Shown: piece after piece, positions 8,409 through 17,477 of the stretch
How the letters are laid out: each line of letters begins with the position of its first letter
Position numbering within the stretch: position 1 is the first letter of the stretch
Assembly: GCA_965222375.1 (NCBI GenBank)
Contig: CBDCTZ010000009.1
Span: 192,001-256,000, forward strand
Reading direction: 5' to 3'
Length of the DNA stretch: 64,000 nucleotides
DNA from: Polyangiaceae bacterium
GTDB taxonomy: Bacteria > Myxococcota_A > Polyangia > Polyangiales > Polyangiaceae
Made by a program: the position numbers and the translations under genes
The notes under the pieces: generated by a model
What the model was told of the DNA's origin: nothing
Databases searched by the model: none
The model's input: the letters and a program-made list of their open reading frames with translations, nothing else

Positions 8409-10012
8409 CAGTACGTGCGCCGGGGGACCAGCACCGCAAGCGCTTGGCGCAGAAGTGTCTTGAAGCGCGCTACGTTTTCGTCTGCCGAGGGCAGCAGCGT
8501 GAGGGTGGCTAGGGCTTTCTTGGACTCTCCGCGCCGAAACCCCATCGTGGTGAGTGCGCATAGCAACCTGGCTTCCATCTCGTCTGGTCTCAGCGTTCGA
8601 GTTCCGCGGAGGGAAGCCGCGTCGGCGTCGTCTCTGCGTGAGTCAAGGTGCCGCGCATGCGTCCTGCTCGAAGCTTGTCCAGGCACTGCGCGAATGGCAG
8701 ACGCCTCGCAGATATCTATGTGATGTTCCGCGACTGATGCATCGCTCGACTCGTTATCCAACCTTCGCTGGTGACGCGGGTGGAGGTGAATGCCGTTTTC
8801 CATGGACTCTCCCTGCTCGTCTCGCGCGCTCGTGTCCGTGACGTTGCTCTGCTGCGGTGCGGAGCTGGACTCACCGTCGAACCTTTGCTGGCGGAGGTGG
8901 ATCGCACTCTCTACGGACTCTTGCCCGCATTCGTTGTGCGCGCTCGCGTCCGTGATGTCGCTCTGCTGTGGTGCGGGGCTCGACTCCCTGTCCAACCTTC
9001 GCTGGCGAATACGAATTCTACTCTCCATGAATTCTCTGCCGAATACATTCTCGGCTTCGAGTGCATTGTGGGCGGCGCACAGCACGCGGCCGTTGCGGCT
9101 GGTGCCGCGGCCGCCCCGAGCGCGAGCCGTTCGGTGATCCATTTCCAGAAACGCTTGCGCTTGGCAGCGCTGCCCGCTCGGTGAAACGTAGGCGCACTGC
9201 TCGCCGTCACGCTCGTAGATTTCCCGGCGAGCCTCCCGGGAGAAGTTTCCATTCTTCGTGCCCTTGGAGGGGCGCGGCTTGTTGGTTTTTCCAAGCTTCT
9301 TCTTTTCGATGTCTGCCAAGAGCAGGTCGAGGCTCTTCTCGATGAGGGTCGCGAGAGCTCGTTTCGGGTTCTGATGACTGGTTAGATTGAGTGCGCGCTC
9401 TAGCTTCGCTTTCAGCTCCGAGCCCGCGGTAAACTGGACGTGGAAGCGGCCCGCGGACAGCGGCGACACGCGAGGCTGTGGCTCGCGCGGGCGTTCGGTT
9501 GCGGCCGCCACGTCGATCCTTTGCCCCGCCGAGATCCCGCGGCCAGACTCGCCGCTGACGGCTGTCTGAGCTGGTAGGGCTCGAATGGTGTCCAGCACAT
9601 CCGGCCTGGGATGCCGAGAGCGGATCAGCCGCTCGATCTCGGCCTTGCTCTTGTCGCAAACCTCTGAGAGCAGCTCAGCGTGGTTTTCCTCATCTAGGTA
9701 CGTTTGCAGCATGCTGAGGGCAGTGACATGGAGCCGACCTTCACGCAGCAGTGTCAGGGCCATCGGGTAGCTCCGCGCAACGCGAGAAGCTGCGATGTGC
9801 CGATGAGCGCTGCCCTCGCTGAGCTTCAGCTTGCGGCAGCAGAAGTCGTACATGGAGGAATACGCTTCCTTGCGCTCCAATCGCCGCACCTCCACCTCGC
9901 CGAGGTAGGCGACGAGCGCTGCAGTGACGCGGCGCCGTGAGCCAATCACGCCGTCGAGTTTCGTCAGGACTTCGGCGTCCGAGAGATGATCGAGCTTCAT
10001 GCATGCTGGCAT
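8405..10012 (-). CDS. HNH endonuclease with DUF222-like helical N-terminus and RuvA-C-terminal-like tail
   Basis: CAYVSPSGQRC...LEMDH...GG...N.RVLCAAHN (Zn-binding HNH); N-terminal YSSMYDFC..KLKLSEGSA.R.I; tail LLCALTTMGFRRGESKKAL...LLRQALAVL. Confidence 0.85.
   Translation of the reverse strand: MPACMKLDHLSDAEVLTKLDGVIGSRRRVTAALVAYLGEVEVRRLERKEAYSSMYDFCCRKLKLSEGSAHRHIAASRVARSYPMALTLLREGRLHVTALSMLQTYLDEENHAELLSEVCDKSKAEIERLIRSRHPRPDVLDTIRALPAQTAVSGESGRGISAGQRIDVAAATERPREPQPRVSPLSAGRFHVQFTAGSELKAKLERALNLTSHQNPKRALATLIEKSLDLLLADIEKKKLGKTNKPRPSKGTKNGNFSREARREIYERDGEQCAYVSPSGQRCQAQAFLEMDHRTARARGGRGTSRNGRVLCAAHNALEAENVFGREFMESRIRIRQRRLDRESSPAPQQSDITDASAHNECGQESVESAIHLRQQRFDGESSSAPQQSNVTDTSARDEQGESMENGIHLHPRHQRRLDNESSDASVAEHHIDICEASAIRAVPGQASSRTHARHLDSRRDDADAASLRGTRTLRPDEMEARLLCALTTMGFRRGESKKALATLTLLPSADENVARFKTLLRQALAVLVPRRTYC
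8745..9010 (-). repeat. In-frame tandem repeat inside the HNH gene (~2.3 copies, 114-120 nt period)
   Basis: RQRRLDRESSPAPQQSDITDASA / RQQRFDGESSSAPQQSNVTDTSA / HQRRLDNESS; ACCTT(C/T)GCTGG recurs at 8761, 8881 and 8995. Confidence 0.85.
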
Positions 10013-10226
10013 AACATGCGCTTTTTTACCCTCGCAGCTGACTCGCTACGTGGCGAACGCGGCGCCGATCGGCGCGAGAATCATTTCGGGAGCGAAAGTA
10101 CGCGTACCGGTCACGCACGCTGCGCACGGGTACACGCAGCATCGAGCTGGCAAGTAGCGCGTGGGTGCACCAGAAATCCTGTCAACAAGATTCTCAAAAA
10201 ATGTATCGTTGTTCCGGAGCGTGTCA

Positions 10227-10350
10227 CTGACACTCTTGGCGCCGGCGCCCCGGCGGAGGTGCGGACGTGGCGGGCCCACCCAAGGCCCGCCCGCACCGCA
10301 GCCCCTACCCGTCGGCAAGACGCCGGTCGCCGGCGCGAATCTCCGCAACT
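10227..10350 (+). repeat. Right copy of the ~123-bp inverted repeat flanking the HNH gene
   Basis: CTGACACTCTTGGCGCCGGCGCCCCGGCGGAGGTGCGGACGTGGCGGGCCC...GCAACT matches the reverse complement of 8286-8408. Confidence 0.95.
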
Positions 10351-10842
10351 CAGCATCGCGGTTGCCCGACCAATTTGTACCCGCCCGATGGGAGGGCTCC
10401 GTACAGAATTCGCGCAACTGATCTGTCCAATGTGCCGAACAAGATGCCCTCCCGCCCTGGCACGTCACCGCACCTGCCTATCCGCCCCGTATTCCGGCGG
10501 ATTGATCCGTTGCAGCCGTCCGCGTTTCCCAGTGGCGCCTTCAGGCCGCTCAAGCCGCGCATCGCGCTCATTCGCACACGCCGCGGCCTCGGAGTTGTGC
10601 CGAAACTCCGCCACTCGAGGCACTACCACCTCCGTTCCGCGCAGCCGCTCGCTCGACTGGTACGGCGCGCCGGGGCTGGTGACGCGTGGGTCCCGTGCGG
10701 GGGAGCTGCTCAGTTTTGCGCAGGTTGCGCGAACGCGTGCTGGGGGCCCGAGCGAGCGGGCTGGGGCGCGGAGCGCCCCAACGGGTGCAAGCGCGGGATT
10801 CGGGCAGCTGGGCCGCACATGTGGCGACCCAACCAAGGACGC

Positions 10843-11817
10843 TTACTTCGACGCCTGGTGCTTTTTGATCTCTTCCACCATCGCGGGGACGGCTTGGAAG
10901 AGATCCGCCACCAGACCGTAGTCGGAGATGGTGAAGATCGGGGCCTCGGGGTCCTTGTTGACCGCGACGATGGTCTTGGAGCCCTTCATGCCGGCGATGT
11001 GTTGAATGGCGCCCGAGATCCCGACGGCGATGTACAGGGAGGGGGCGACGATCTTGCCGGTTTGGCCGACCTGATAGTCACCCGGGCAGTAGCCCGCGTC
11101 GCAGGCGGCGCGGCTGGCGCCGATGGCGGCTCCGAGGGTGTCGGCGAGAGGCTCCATGATGTCGAAGAACTTCTCTTTGATCGCTCGGCCGCCGGAGACG
11201 ACGACGGAGGCCTCGGTCAGTTCGGGACGCTCGCTCTTTACCGTGGCAACACCGAGGTGCTGCAAGCGTGCGGCGCCAGCGCCGGGTCCGACCACGGCCA
11301 CGTCTTCCACGGGCGAAGCTCCGCCGCTGGGTTCAGCGGGATCCACTTCACTCTGTCGGCAGGTCGCGACCTGTTTGTCGGTGGACAGCTGGCAATAGCC
11401 GAAGGCGTTGCCTGCGTACAAGGGGCGCTTGTAGGTCAACTTGCCGCCCTCGTCGGCGACGCCGGCGCAATCACCCGCGTAGGCAGCGCCGAGGCGTCCG
11501 GCGACCCGAGGCATCAGGTCTTTTCCGAAGCTGGACGCCGTGGCGACCAACACGTCAAAGCCCTTGCCAACCTCCGCGACCGTGGGCGCGTAGGTCTCGG
11601 CCAGGTAGTTCGCGAGGCTTGCGTCTTCACATGCCAGCACCTTCGCGGCGCCGAAACCAGTCAGCTCGGCGGCTCCCGCCTTGGCCTTGGCTCCCAGGCA
11701 TAGAATGGAGAAGCTGCCGCCGCCGCTCGCGCTCTTGGCGAAGGCGATGGCGCTATGGGTGGTCTTGCGGACGCTGCCGTCCTCAGTGAGCTCTGCAACT
11801 ACGAGTACATTTGCCAT
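10843..11817 (-). CDS. etfA: Electron transfer flavoprotein alpha subunit
   Basis: VVVSGGR, GASRAACDAG, QVGQTGKIVAP.LYIAVGISGAIQH.AGM. Confidence 0.97.
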   Translation of the reverse strand: MANVLVVAELTEDGSVRKTTHSAIAFAKSASGGGSFSILCLGAKAKAGAAELTGFGAAKVLACEDASLANYLAETYAPTVAEVGKGFDVLVATASSFGKDLMPRVAGRLGAAYAGDCAGVADEGGKLTYKRPLYAGNAFGYCQLSTDKQVATCRQSEVDPAEPSGGASPVEDVAVVGPGAGAARLQHLGVATVKSERPELTEASVVVSGGRAIKEKFFDIMEPLADTLGAAIGASRAACDAGYCPGDYQVGQTGKIVAPSLYIAVGISGAIQHIAGMKGSKTIVAVNKDPEAPIFTISDYGLVADLFQAVPAMVEEIKKHQASK

Positions 11818-11832
11818 GACGAGTCTCCTTGA

Positions 11833-12663
11833 TCAGATGACCTTCGCCTCGTTGGCGAGCTTGCCGACGAGTTCTGGCACGTCCTTGACGATGATGCCGG
11901 CCTTGCGCGCGGGGGGCGCTTCGAATTTCGTGTAGGTCGTGGAGCTCTTCATGTCGCCCACGAGGTCTGCCAGGTTCTTGACGGCGAGGGGCTTGCGCTT
12001 GGCCTGCATGATGGCGGGCAGCGGCGCAAAGCGAACCTCTTCGTAGCTGTATTTGAAGTCCGGGGCGCTGTGCTTGGAGTGCACGCTACCTGGGGACACG
12101 ATGCGCAAGTCCACCGTGATGACACCCGGCGCTGCGATCTTGACTTTGGCGACGCCGCCGTCCACTTCGCGCTCCACGAGCAGGCCGTCGGCCTCTTCTT
12201 GGATCGTGGCGGCGAAGGTTGCCATCGGCCAATCGAGCATCTCCGCGAGGACCTGCCCCACCATGTTGCTTTCGCCGTCGACGACCTGCTTGCCGAGAAT
12301 CACGAAGTCGGGCTTCTCTTCTTCGACGACCTTCTTCAGAGCGGCGGCGACCACGGTGCCGTCCAGGGCGTCGTCGTTGGCGTCCACTCGGATCGCGCGA
12401 TCCGCACCCGTCGCCAGCGCCGAGCGCAAATTCGTCTCGGTCTCTTTGGGGCCGAGGGTCACGGCGACCACTTCGCCCTGACGCTTCTTGGGCGCTTTGC
12501 CATCTTCCGTCAGGCGCAGGGCTGTCTCCAACGCGTACAGGTCGAAGGGGTTGATCTGCCATTCCAGGCCGCTGGTATCGATGCTGTCGCCCGAGGCTGG
12601 AATTTTGATCTTGTTGTGGTTGGCCGGGTCGGCCACCCGCTTGAGCGCAACGAGGATCTTCAC
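11833..12663 (-). CDS. etfB: Electron transfer flavoprotein beta subunit
   Basis: GTG start after GGAGG; KILVALKRV.DP, INPFD.YALE.A, ALATGADRA, GKQ..DG. Confidence 0.96.
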   Translation of the reverse strand: MKILVALKRVADPANHNKIKIPASGDSIDTSGLEWQINPFDLYALETALRLTEDGKAPKKRQGEVVAVTLGPKETETNLRSALATGADRAIRVDANDDALDGTVVAAALKKVVEEEKPDFVILGKQVVDGESNMVGQVLAEMLDWPMATFAATIQEEADGLLVEREVDGGVAKVKIAAPGVITVDLRIVSPGSVHSKHSAPDFKYSYEEVRFAPLPAIMQAKRKPLAVKNLADLVGDMKSSTTYTKFEAPPARKAGIIVKDVPELVGKLANEAKVI

Positions 12664-12886
12664 GGGACCTCCTTCAATTGTCGGGGCGGCGGGACGGGGG
12701 CAGGGCGCCCTCGCGGCCGCGCAGGAAAAGCGCACCGGCCCCGCGGCCGAGGCCGTTTTACCGGTGCAAACTGGGGATTAGTGCCTTTGAAGCGGCGCGT
12801 CAATGACGCTTGCGGGTGGCGGAAGGGCGCCGCGGACCCAGGGCAGGGCACGCGCGGGTCTGCGGCCATCGTGTAACGTCGGCGCC

Positions 12887-14494
12887 GTGGAGACGACGGA
12901 CGTTCTAGTTCTCGGAAGTGGGATCGCCGGGCTCACGGTCGCACTGAAGAGTGCCGAGCACGGCGACGTCACCGTGGTCACCAAGCGCAAGAGTGACGAC
13001 TCCGCGACGGCCTGGGCTCAGGGAGGCATCGCGGCGGTGCTGTCCGAAGAGGATTCCTACGCTGCGCACATCGCCGACACCCTGACCGCAGGCGCCGGGC
13101 TGTGCCACGACGTAGTGGTCGAACTCTGCGTGCGGGAGGGACCCGCGGCGGTGCGCTGGCTGATCGAGTTGGGCGTGGAGTTCTCGCGAGGCGAGGGGGG
13201 CGAGCTGGATCTCGGACGCGAAGGTGGCCACACCCAGCGCCGCGTCGCCCACGCCGGGGACATCACGGGTCGCGAAATCGAGCGCGCCCTGTTGGAGCGC
13301 GTGATCGAGCACCCACGGATCCGCTTATTGGAGTGGCACATGGGGATCGACTTGATCACTCTGAGCAACTTCGGCGGACCCGATCGCTGCGCGGGCGCGT
13401 ATGTGCTCGACGAAGATAGCGGCAAAGTCGAAACGATTCTGGCGCGAGCGACCATCATTGCGACGGGTGGTGCGGGCAAGGTGTACCTGTATACGTCGAA
13501 CCCGGACGTGGCTACCGGGGATGGCGTGGCGGTGGCGTATCGGGCCGGCGCCGAAATCTCAAACATGGAGTTTTATCAATTCCACCCAACGTGCCTATAC
13601 AACCCGCTATCCAAGAACTTCCTGATCAGTGAAGCGCTGCGGGGCGAAGGCGCGGTACTTCGGCTGCCCGAAAGCGGCGAAGCTTTCATGAAGAAGCACC
13701 ACGCGATGGCGGACTTGGCGCCCCGCGACATCGTGGCCCGGGCCATCGACTTCGAGATGAAGCGCACCGGTAGCGACTACGTGCACCTGGATATCAGCCA
13801 CAAGCCCGCGGATTTCGTGCGGGATCGCTTCCCGAACATCTGCGCGGAGGTGGAGCGCTTCGGCTCGGATATGACCAAGGAGCCCATTCCCGTCGTGCCC
13901 GCGGCTCACTACATGTGTGGCGGCGCCACCTCCGACATGCGCGGGCGCACTACGTTGCCAGGGCTGTGGGTCATCGGTGAAGCTTCCTGCACGGGGTTGC
14001 ATGGTGCCAACCGCCTGGCTTCGAACTCCTTGCTCGAAGGTCTGGTGATGGGCATGCGGGCGGCGGAGAAGCTCGGACAGCTCTTGCCGGAGCTGCGTGA
14101 AGGTCCCGTCGCGAGCGTGCCGGATTGGCAGATCGGTTCGGCGGTGGCCAGTGACGAGGAAGTCGTCGTGGCGCACAACTGGGACGAACTGCGCCGCACG
14201 ATGTGGAACTACGTCGGCATCGTGCGCACGAATGCACGGCTGCGGCGCGCGGCGCGGCGCATCGCCTTGCTGGAAGAAGAGATCCGCGAGTACTACTGGA
14301 AGCACTTGGTGAATCGAGATCTTCTGGAGCTGCGCAACATCGCGACCGTCGCCGGCTTGATCGTCTCCCACGCCGCCGCGCGCCATGAGAGCCGCGGTTT
14401 GCACACCAATCTGGACTACCCAGATCTGCGTGAAGAACTCGCGACGGATACGGTCGACAAGCGGGGCGTGCCGCCCCATTTGCGAGGCCGCTGA
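12887..14494 (+). CDS. nadB: L-aspartate oxidase
   Basis: GSGIAGL, AQGGIAA, REGGH..RRVAH, QFHPT, LISEALRGEG, PAAHY.CGG, GLHGANRLASNSLLE, RHESRGLH. Confidence 0.96.
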   Translation: METTDVLVLGSGIAGLTVALKSAEHGDVTVVTKRKSDDSATAWAQGGIAAVLSEEDSYAAHIADTLTAGAGLCHDVVVELCVREGPAAVRWLIELGVEFSRGEGGELDLGREGGHTQRRVAHAGDITGREIERALLERVIEHPRIRLLEWHMGIDLITLSNFGGPDRCAGAYVLDEDSGKVETILARATIIATGGAGKVYLYTSNPDVATGDGVAVAYRAGAEISNMEFYQFHPTCLYNPLSKNFLISEALRGEGAVLRLPESGEAFMKKHHAMADLAPRDIVARAIDFEMKRTGSDYVHLDISHKPADFVRDRFPNICAEVERFGSDMTKEPIPVVPAAHYMCGGATSDMRGRTTLPGLWVIGEASCTGLHGANRLASNSLLEGLVMGMRAAEKLGQLLPELREGPVASVPDWQIGSAVASDEEVVVAHNWDELRRTMWNYVGIVRTNARLRRAARRIALLEEEIREYYWKHLVNRDLLELRNIATVAGLIVSHAAARHESRGLHTNLDYPDLREELATDTVDKRGVPPHLRGR

Positions 14495-15577
14495 GTGGCG
14501 AAAAACCCGAAAATTGCCCTGTGCTTGCCTGGCGGCGGGGCGACCGGGGCGATGTACCAGATTGGCGCCCTGGCCGCCTTCGAGCACTGCGTGGAGGGCT
14601 TCGAAGAGCGCGGCTTCGACCTGTACGTCGGCACGAGTAGCGGCGCGACGGTGGCGGCGGTGCTCGCCGCGGGCCGAGATCCAGAGCGGATCTACCGCGC
14701 CTTTCTCGATCCGGCGGACAACTACTTCCCCCTCGAGCGCAAGCATCTGCTGCACATGGACTTCACCGAATGGCGCCGCACGGTGGTGGCGATCTGGCAG
14801 ACCTTGCGTCACGGCAGCACCAGCCTGCTGTCGCGGGCGCCCACGCCGTCGCCTGCGGTGCTGTGGGAAGAGATGGATCGCCTCTACGACACCATGCCCG
14901 CGGGTTTCTTCTCCTTGGATCGCTACGAGCGATTTCTGGAAGAGTTCTTCGTTCGCCGCGGCATTGCCAACAGCTTTCCGCTGATGCCGCGGCCCTTGCG
15001 CATCATGGCCCACGATCTGGACTCCGGCGAACAGGTGCTCTTCGGCGGAGATGGCTTCGATCACGTGCCGATCACCCGAGCCTGCATCGCGTCCATGGCG
15101 GTGCCACCGTTCTTTTCGCCCGTGCGCATTGGTGGGCGTCACTACATCGACGCCGGCGCGGCCCAGCTCAGCCACCTGGATGTCGCCGTCGATGAAGGCG
15201 CGGACGTGATCCTCGTGGTCAACCCCATGGTGCCGGTGTTTGCGGAAGGCGTTCCCACGGGCCACGGCCCCAAGGCGAGCGTGCGCAACAAAGGGCTGAT
15301 GTGGGTGATGAACCAGTCGATTCGCATCGGCATGCACCGCTTGATGCAGGAGTCTCTGGCGCGCATTGCCGCCACGGGAAAGACCGACGTGCTTCTGCTC
15401 GAGCCCGACCCAACCGACGCCATGCTGTTTATGCACAATCCGGCGAGCTTCGCCGAGCGGCGCAAGATACTGGAGCACGCCTACCGCACCACGACGAAGG
15501 TGGTGACCGGCTGGTTCGAGGCCGGCATGCCGGCGCTGCGTCGGGCGGGCTTTGAGGCGCAGGCGCCGGGCAACTAG
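14495..15577 (+). CDS. Patatin-like phospholipase
   Basis: GGGATG, GTSSG nucleophile motif, ASMAVP, YIDAG. Confidence 0.9.
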   Translation: MAKNPKIALCLPGGGATGAMYQIGALAAFEHCVEGFEERGFDLYVGTSSGATVAAVLAAGRDPERIYRAFLDPADNYFPLERKHLLHMDFTEWRRTVVAIWQTLRHGSTSLLSRAPTPSPAVLWEEMDRLYDTMPAGFFSLDRYERFLEEFFVRRGIANSFPLMPRPLRIMAHDLDSGEQVLFGGDGFDHVPITRACIASMAVPPFFSPVRIGGRHYIDAGAAQLSHLDVAVDEGADVILVVNPMVPVFAEGVPTGHGPKASVRNKGLMWVMNQSIRIGMHRLMQESLARIAATGKTDVLLLEPDPTDAMLFMHNPASFAERRKILEHAYRTTTKVVTGWFEAGMPALRRAGFEAQAPGN

Positions 15578-15658
15578 CGGCGTGAGTTTTTCAGCCAGGT
15601 TACTGCGGCGGCGCGGTCCCCTGGCGTCATCGGGGAATTCTCGGATACTTTACCGGAC

Positions 15659-16138
15659 ATGGGCGTGCTGAGAGTCCTGCTGTTGATTGCCCTGCTCCCG
15701 CTGGTGGTCGCGTGCCAGGAGCCGTATCGAGTGGGTGAACATGTCTGGGTCGAATGGGAAGGCCGAGAGTACCCGGCCTACCTCTTGGAGAAGCGCGGAC
15801 GTTCGCGCTTTCGCGTGCACTACGACGGCTATGACTCGCGCTGGGACGAAGACGTCACCCTCGATCGCATCAAGCGCCGCGTGAAGGGCCCGGTCACCCC
15901 TCCGCCCCCGCCCGACAAGGTGGCGCGCGCTTCGGGCGTGACGCCCAAAGCCGCCGGCTCCGCGGGAGCCCCCAGCCCCTACAAGCCCATGGACAAGCTC
16001 CGCGTGCGCTGGCGTGGCTCGGTCTACAGCGCGACCGTCATTGCCGTGGTCTCTTCGGACAAGCTACTCGTCCACTACGATGGCCACGAGAGCGCTTGGG
16101 ACGAGACCATCGGCGTCGACCGCATCGTCACCCCCTGA
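15659..16138 (+). CDS. Lipoprotein with two Tudor/chromo-barrel (Agenet/Tudor-knot-like) domains
   Basis: Lipobox VVAC; two repeats V.W.G..Y.A...VHYDG..S.WDE separated by a Pro-rich linker. Confidence 0.8.
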   Translation: MGVLRVLLLIALLPLVVACQEPYRVGEHVWVEWEGREYPAYLLEKRGRSRFRVHYDGYDSRWDEDVTLDRIKRRVKGPVTPPPPPDKVARASGVTPKAAGSAGAPSPYKPMDKLRVRWRGSVYSATVIAVVSSDKLLVHYDGHESAWDETIGVDRIVTP

Positions 16139-16330
16139 GCCCCGTTGTTTTTTGGGGTCGGGGGCCATTTCTCGCTCCCCGAAAACGCCCAACACCCGCA
16201 GCCAGGCCGCATCAGCCTGCTGAGTTCGTCGGCCAGAACGATGCGCATGAGGTCGTTGGGAGCCGGACGCGCTCGCCGAGCTTGTGTCTCTCAGAGACGT
16301 TAACGCTTCCCGATCGGTTAGAGTTGACCA

Positions 16331-16660
16331 ATGGCAATTCGCAAGTTGCAGCCCGTGGTTCATCGCGCGACGGAGCGCCTTCTCGAACTGCTTCGCCAGC
16401 GCGGACTCGAGCCGGAGACGGTCTACAGCTACGGTGCCATCGACATCGATCCCAAGTACCTAACGATGCACGTGATGCTGCGCACCAACGAGGAATGCGA
16501 GGCGGCTCGCGACCGGCCGGAGTTGATCGATGCGTGCTTCGCGGTGCTTGCCGAGTGTGGCTATCCGAAAACGCGGCGGCAAGGCGTGCACATCGGCTTT
16601 GAATCGTTGGAGCGAATCGACGAAGAAGCCGGGGGAAACTGGTACCACTACTTCAAGTGA
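16331..16660 (+). CDS. Hypothetical protein (109 aa)
   Basis: ATG start, protein-like composition; no motif recognised. Confidence 0.6.
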   Translation: MAIRKLQPVVHRATERLLELLRQRGLEPETVYSYGAIDIDPKYLTMHVMLRTNEECEAARDRPELIDACFAVLAECGYPKTRRQGVHIGFESLERIDEEAGGNWYHYFK

Positions 16661-16909
16661 GCGCCGGAGCCACCCTTGTTCCAAGCCAACCAGTAGGTCC
16701 CACCCAACAGATCAACCGCGCCGAGAGCCGGGATCGCGGCCGGGTATTGTGGGGTTACAGGGAGTGACAAAGTGCTCCCGACCCCAAAAGAATAGAACCG
16801 AACTCAGACTACGACCGAAATTTGTCCATTTGGTGCTCGCGCTGATAGGCCTCGGAGCAGACGACATTCCCGAGACCACTTCGGCTCGGTGCTCGCGAAA
16901 GGCATGGCT

Positions 16910-17374
16910 ATGGATGGGCGCACCAGTGTGTCGCGACGTCGACTCGTCGCATTGCTCGGCGTGATCGCGTGCGGCTGGGCCGGCGCGGCGCAAGCTGGCG
17001 CGCGGGCGGAGGTGGCTCTGGGCGAAGTGAACGCTCGGGGCGCGTCTGGTAATGCGTCTTTGGAACGACTCTTCGAGAGCAGTGTGGAGCGCGAGCTTTC
17101 GCGTCTGGATTTGTCGCGCGCTCGCAGCCGAGATCGCTTCGTGCTGAGCGCCACGCTGCTCAAAGTGGGTAGCCGCAAGGATTCCGAGGGCGCTCAGGCT
17201 CGTGCCGTGGTGTCGGCGACCCTGCGCAAAGCCCGCGGCGGACAGCTCTGCGCCATCGTGCGGGGGAGTGCCCGGGCGACGGATGCGTCGACGGCGAGCA
17301 AAGACGCGGAACGCGCGGCGGTGCGCGCAGCGGTGCGCAGCGCGCTCGAACGCGTACCCGACGCACTGCGCTAG
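16910..17374 (+). CDS. Hypothetical secreted protein
   Basis: Signal peptide RRRLVALLGVIACGWAGAAQAGARA. Confidence 0.65.
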   Translation: MDGRTSVSRRRLVALLGVIACGWAGAAQAGARAEVALGEVNARGASGNASLERLFESSVERELSRLDLSRARSRDRFVLSATLLKVGSRKDSEGAQARAVVSATLRKARGGQLCAIVRGSARATDASTASKDAERAAVRAAVRSALERVPDALR

Positions 17375-17477
17375 GCCGATTCTGGGCGCTGGTGCGCAAT
17401 GTTAACGCTGTTAACATTGCGCGGGACGTGCTCGTCGCAATGTGGGACCGAGCTGAAAGCGGGTCGTCGCGCTGGGA

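Noticed and set aside
8745..9010. CRISPR-like array next to an HNH nuclease
   Set aside because: The repeats are in-frame coding units of 114-120 nt with similarity along their whole length; there are no unique spacers and no cas genes.
13607..15478. Long antisense or alternate-frame ORFs (also 22341-24125, 10267-11703, 39309-40682, 53141-55015)
   Set aside because: Shadow ORFs overlapping well-identified genes, expected at this GC content.
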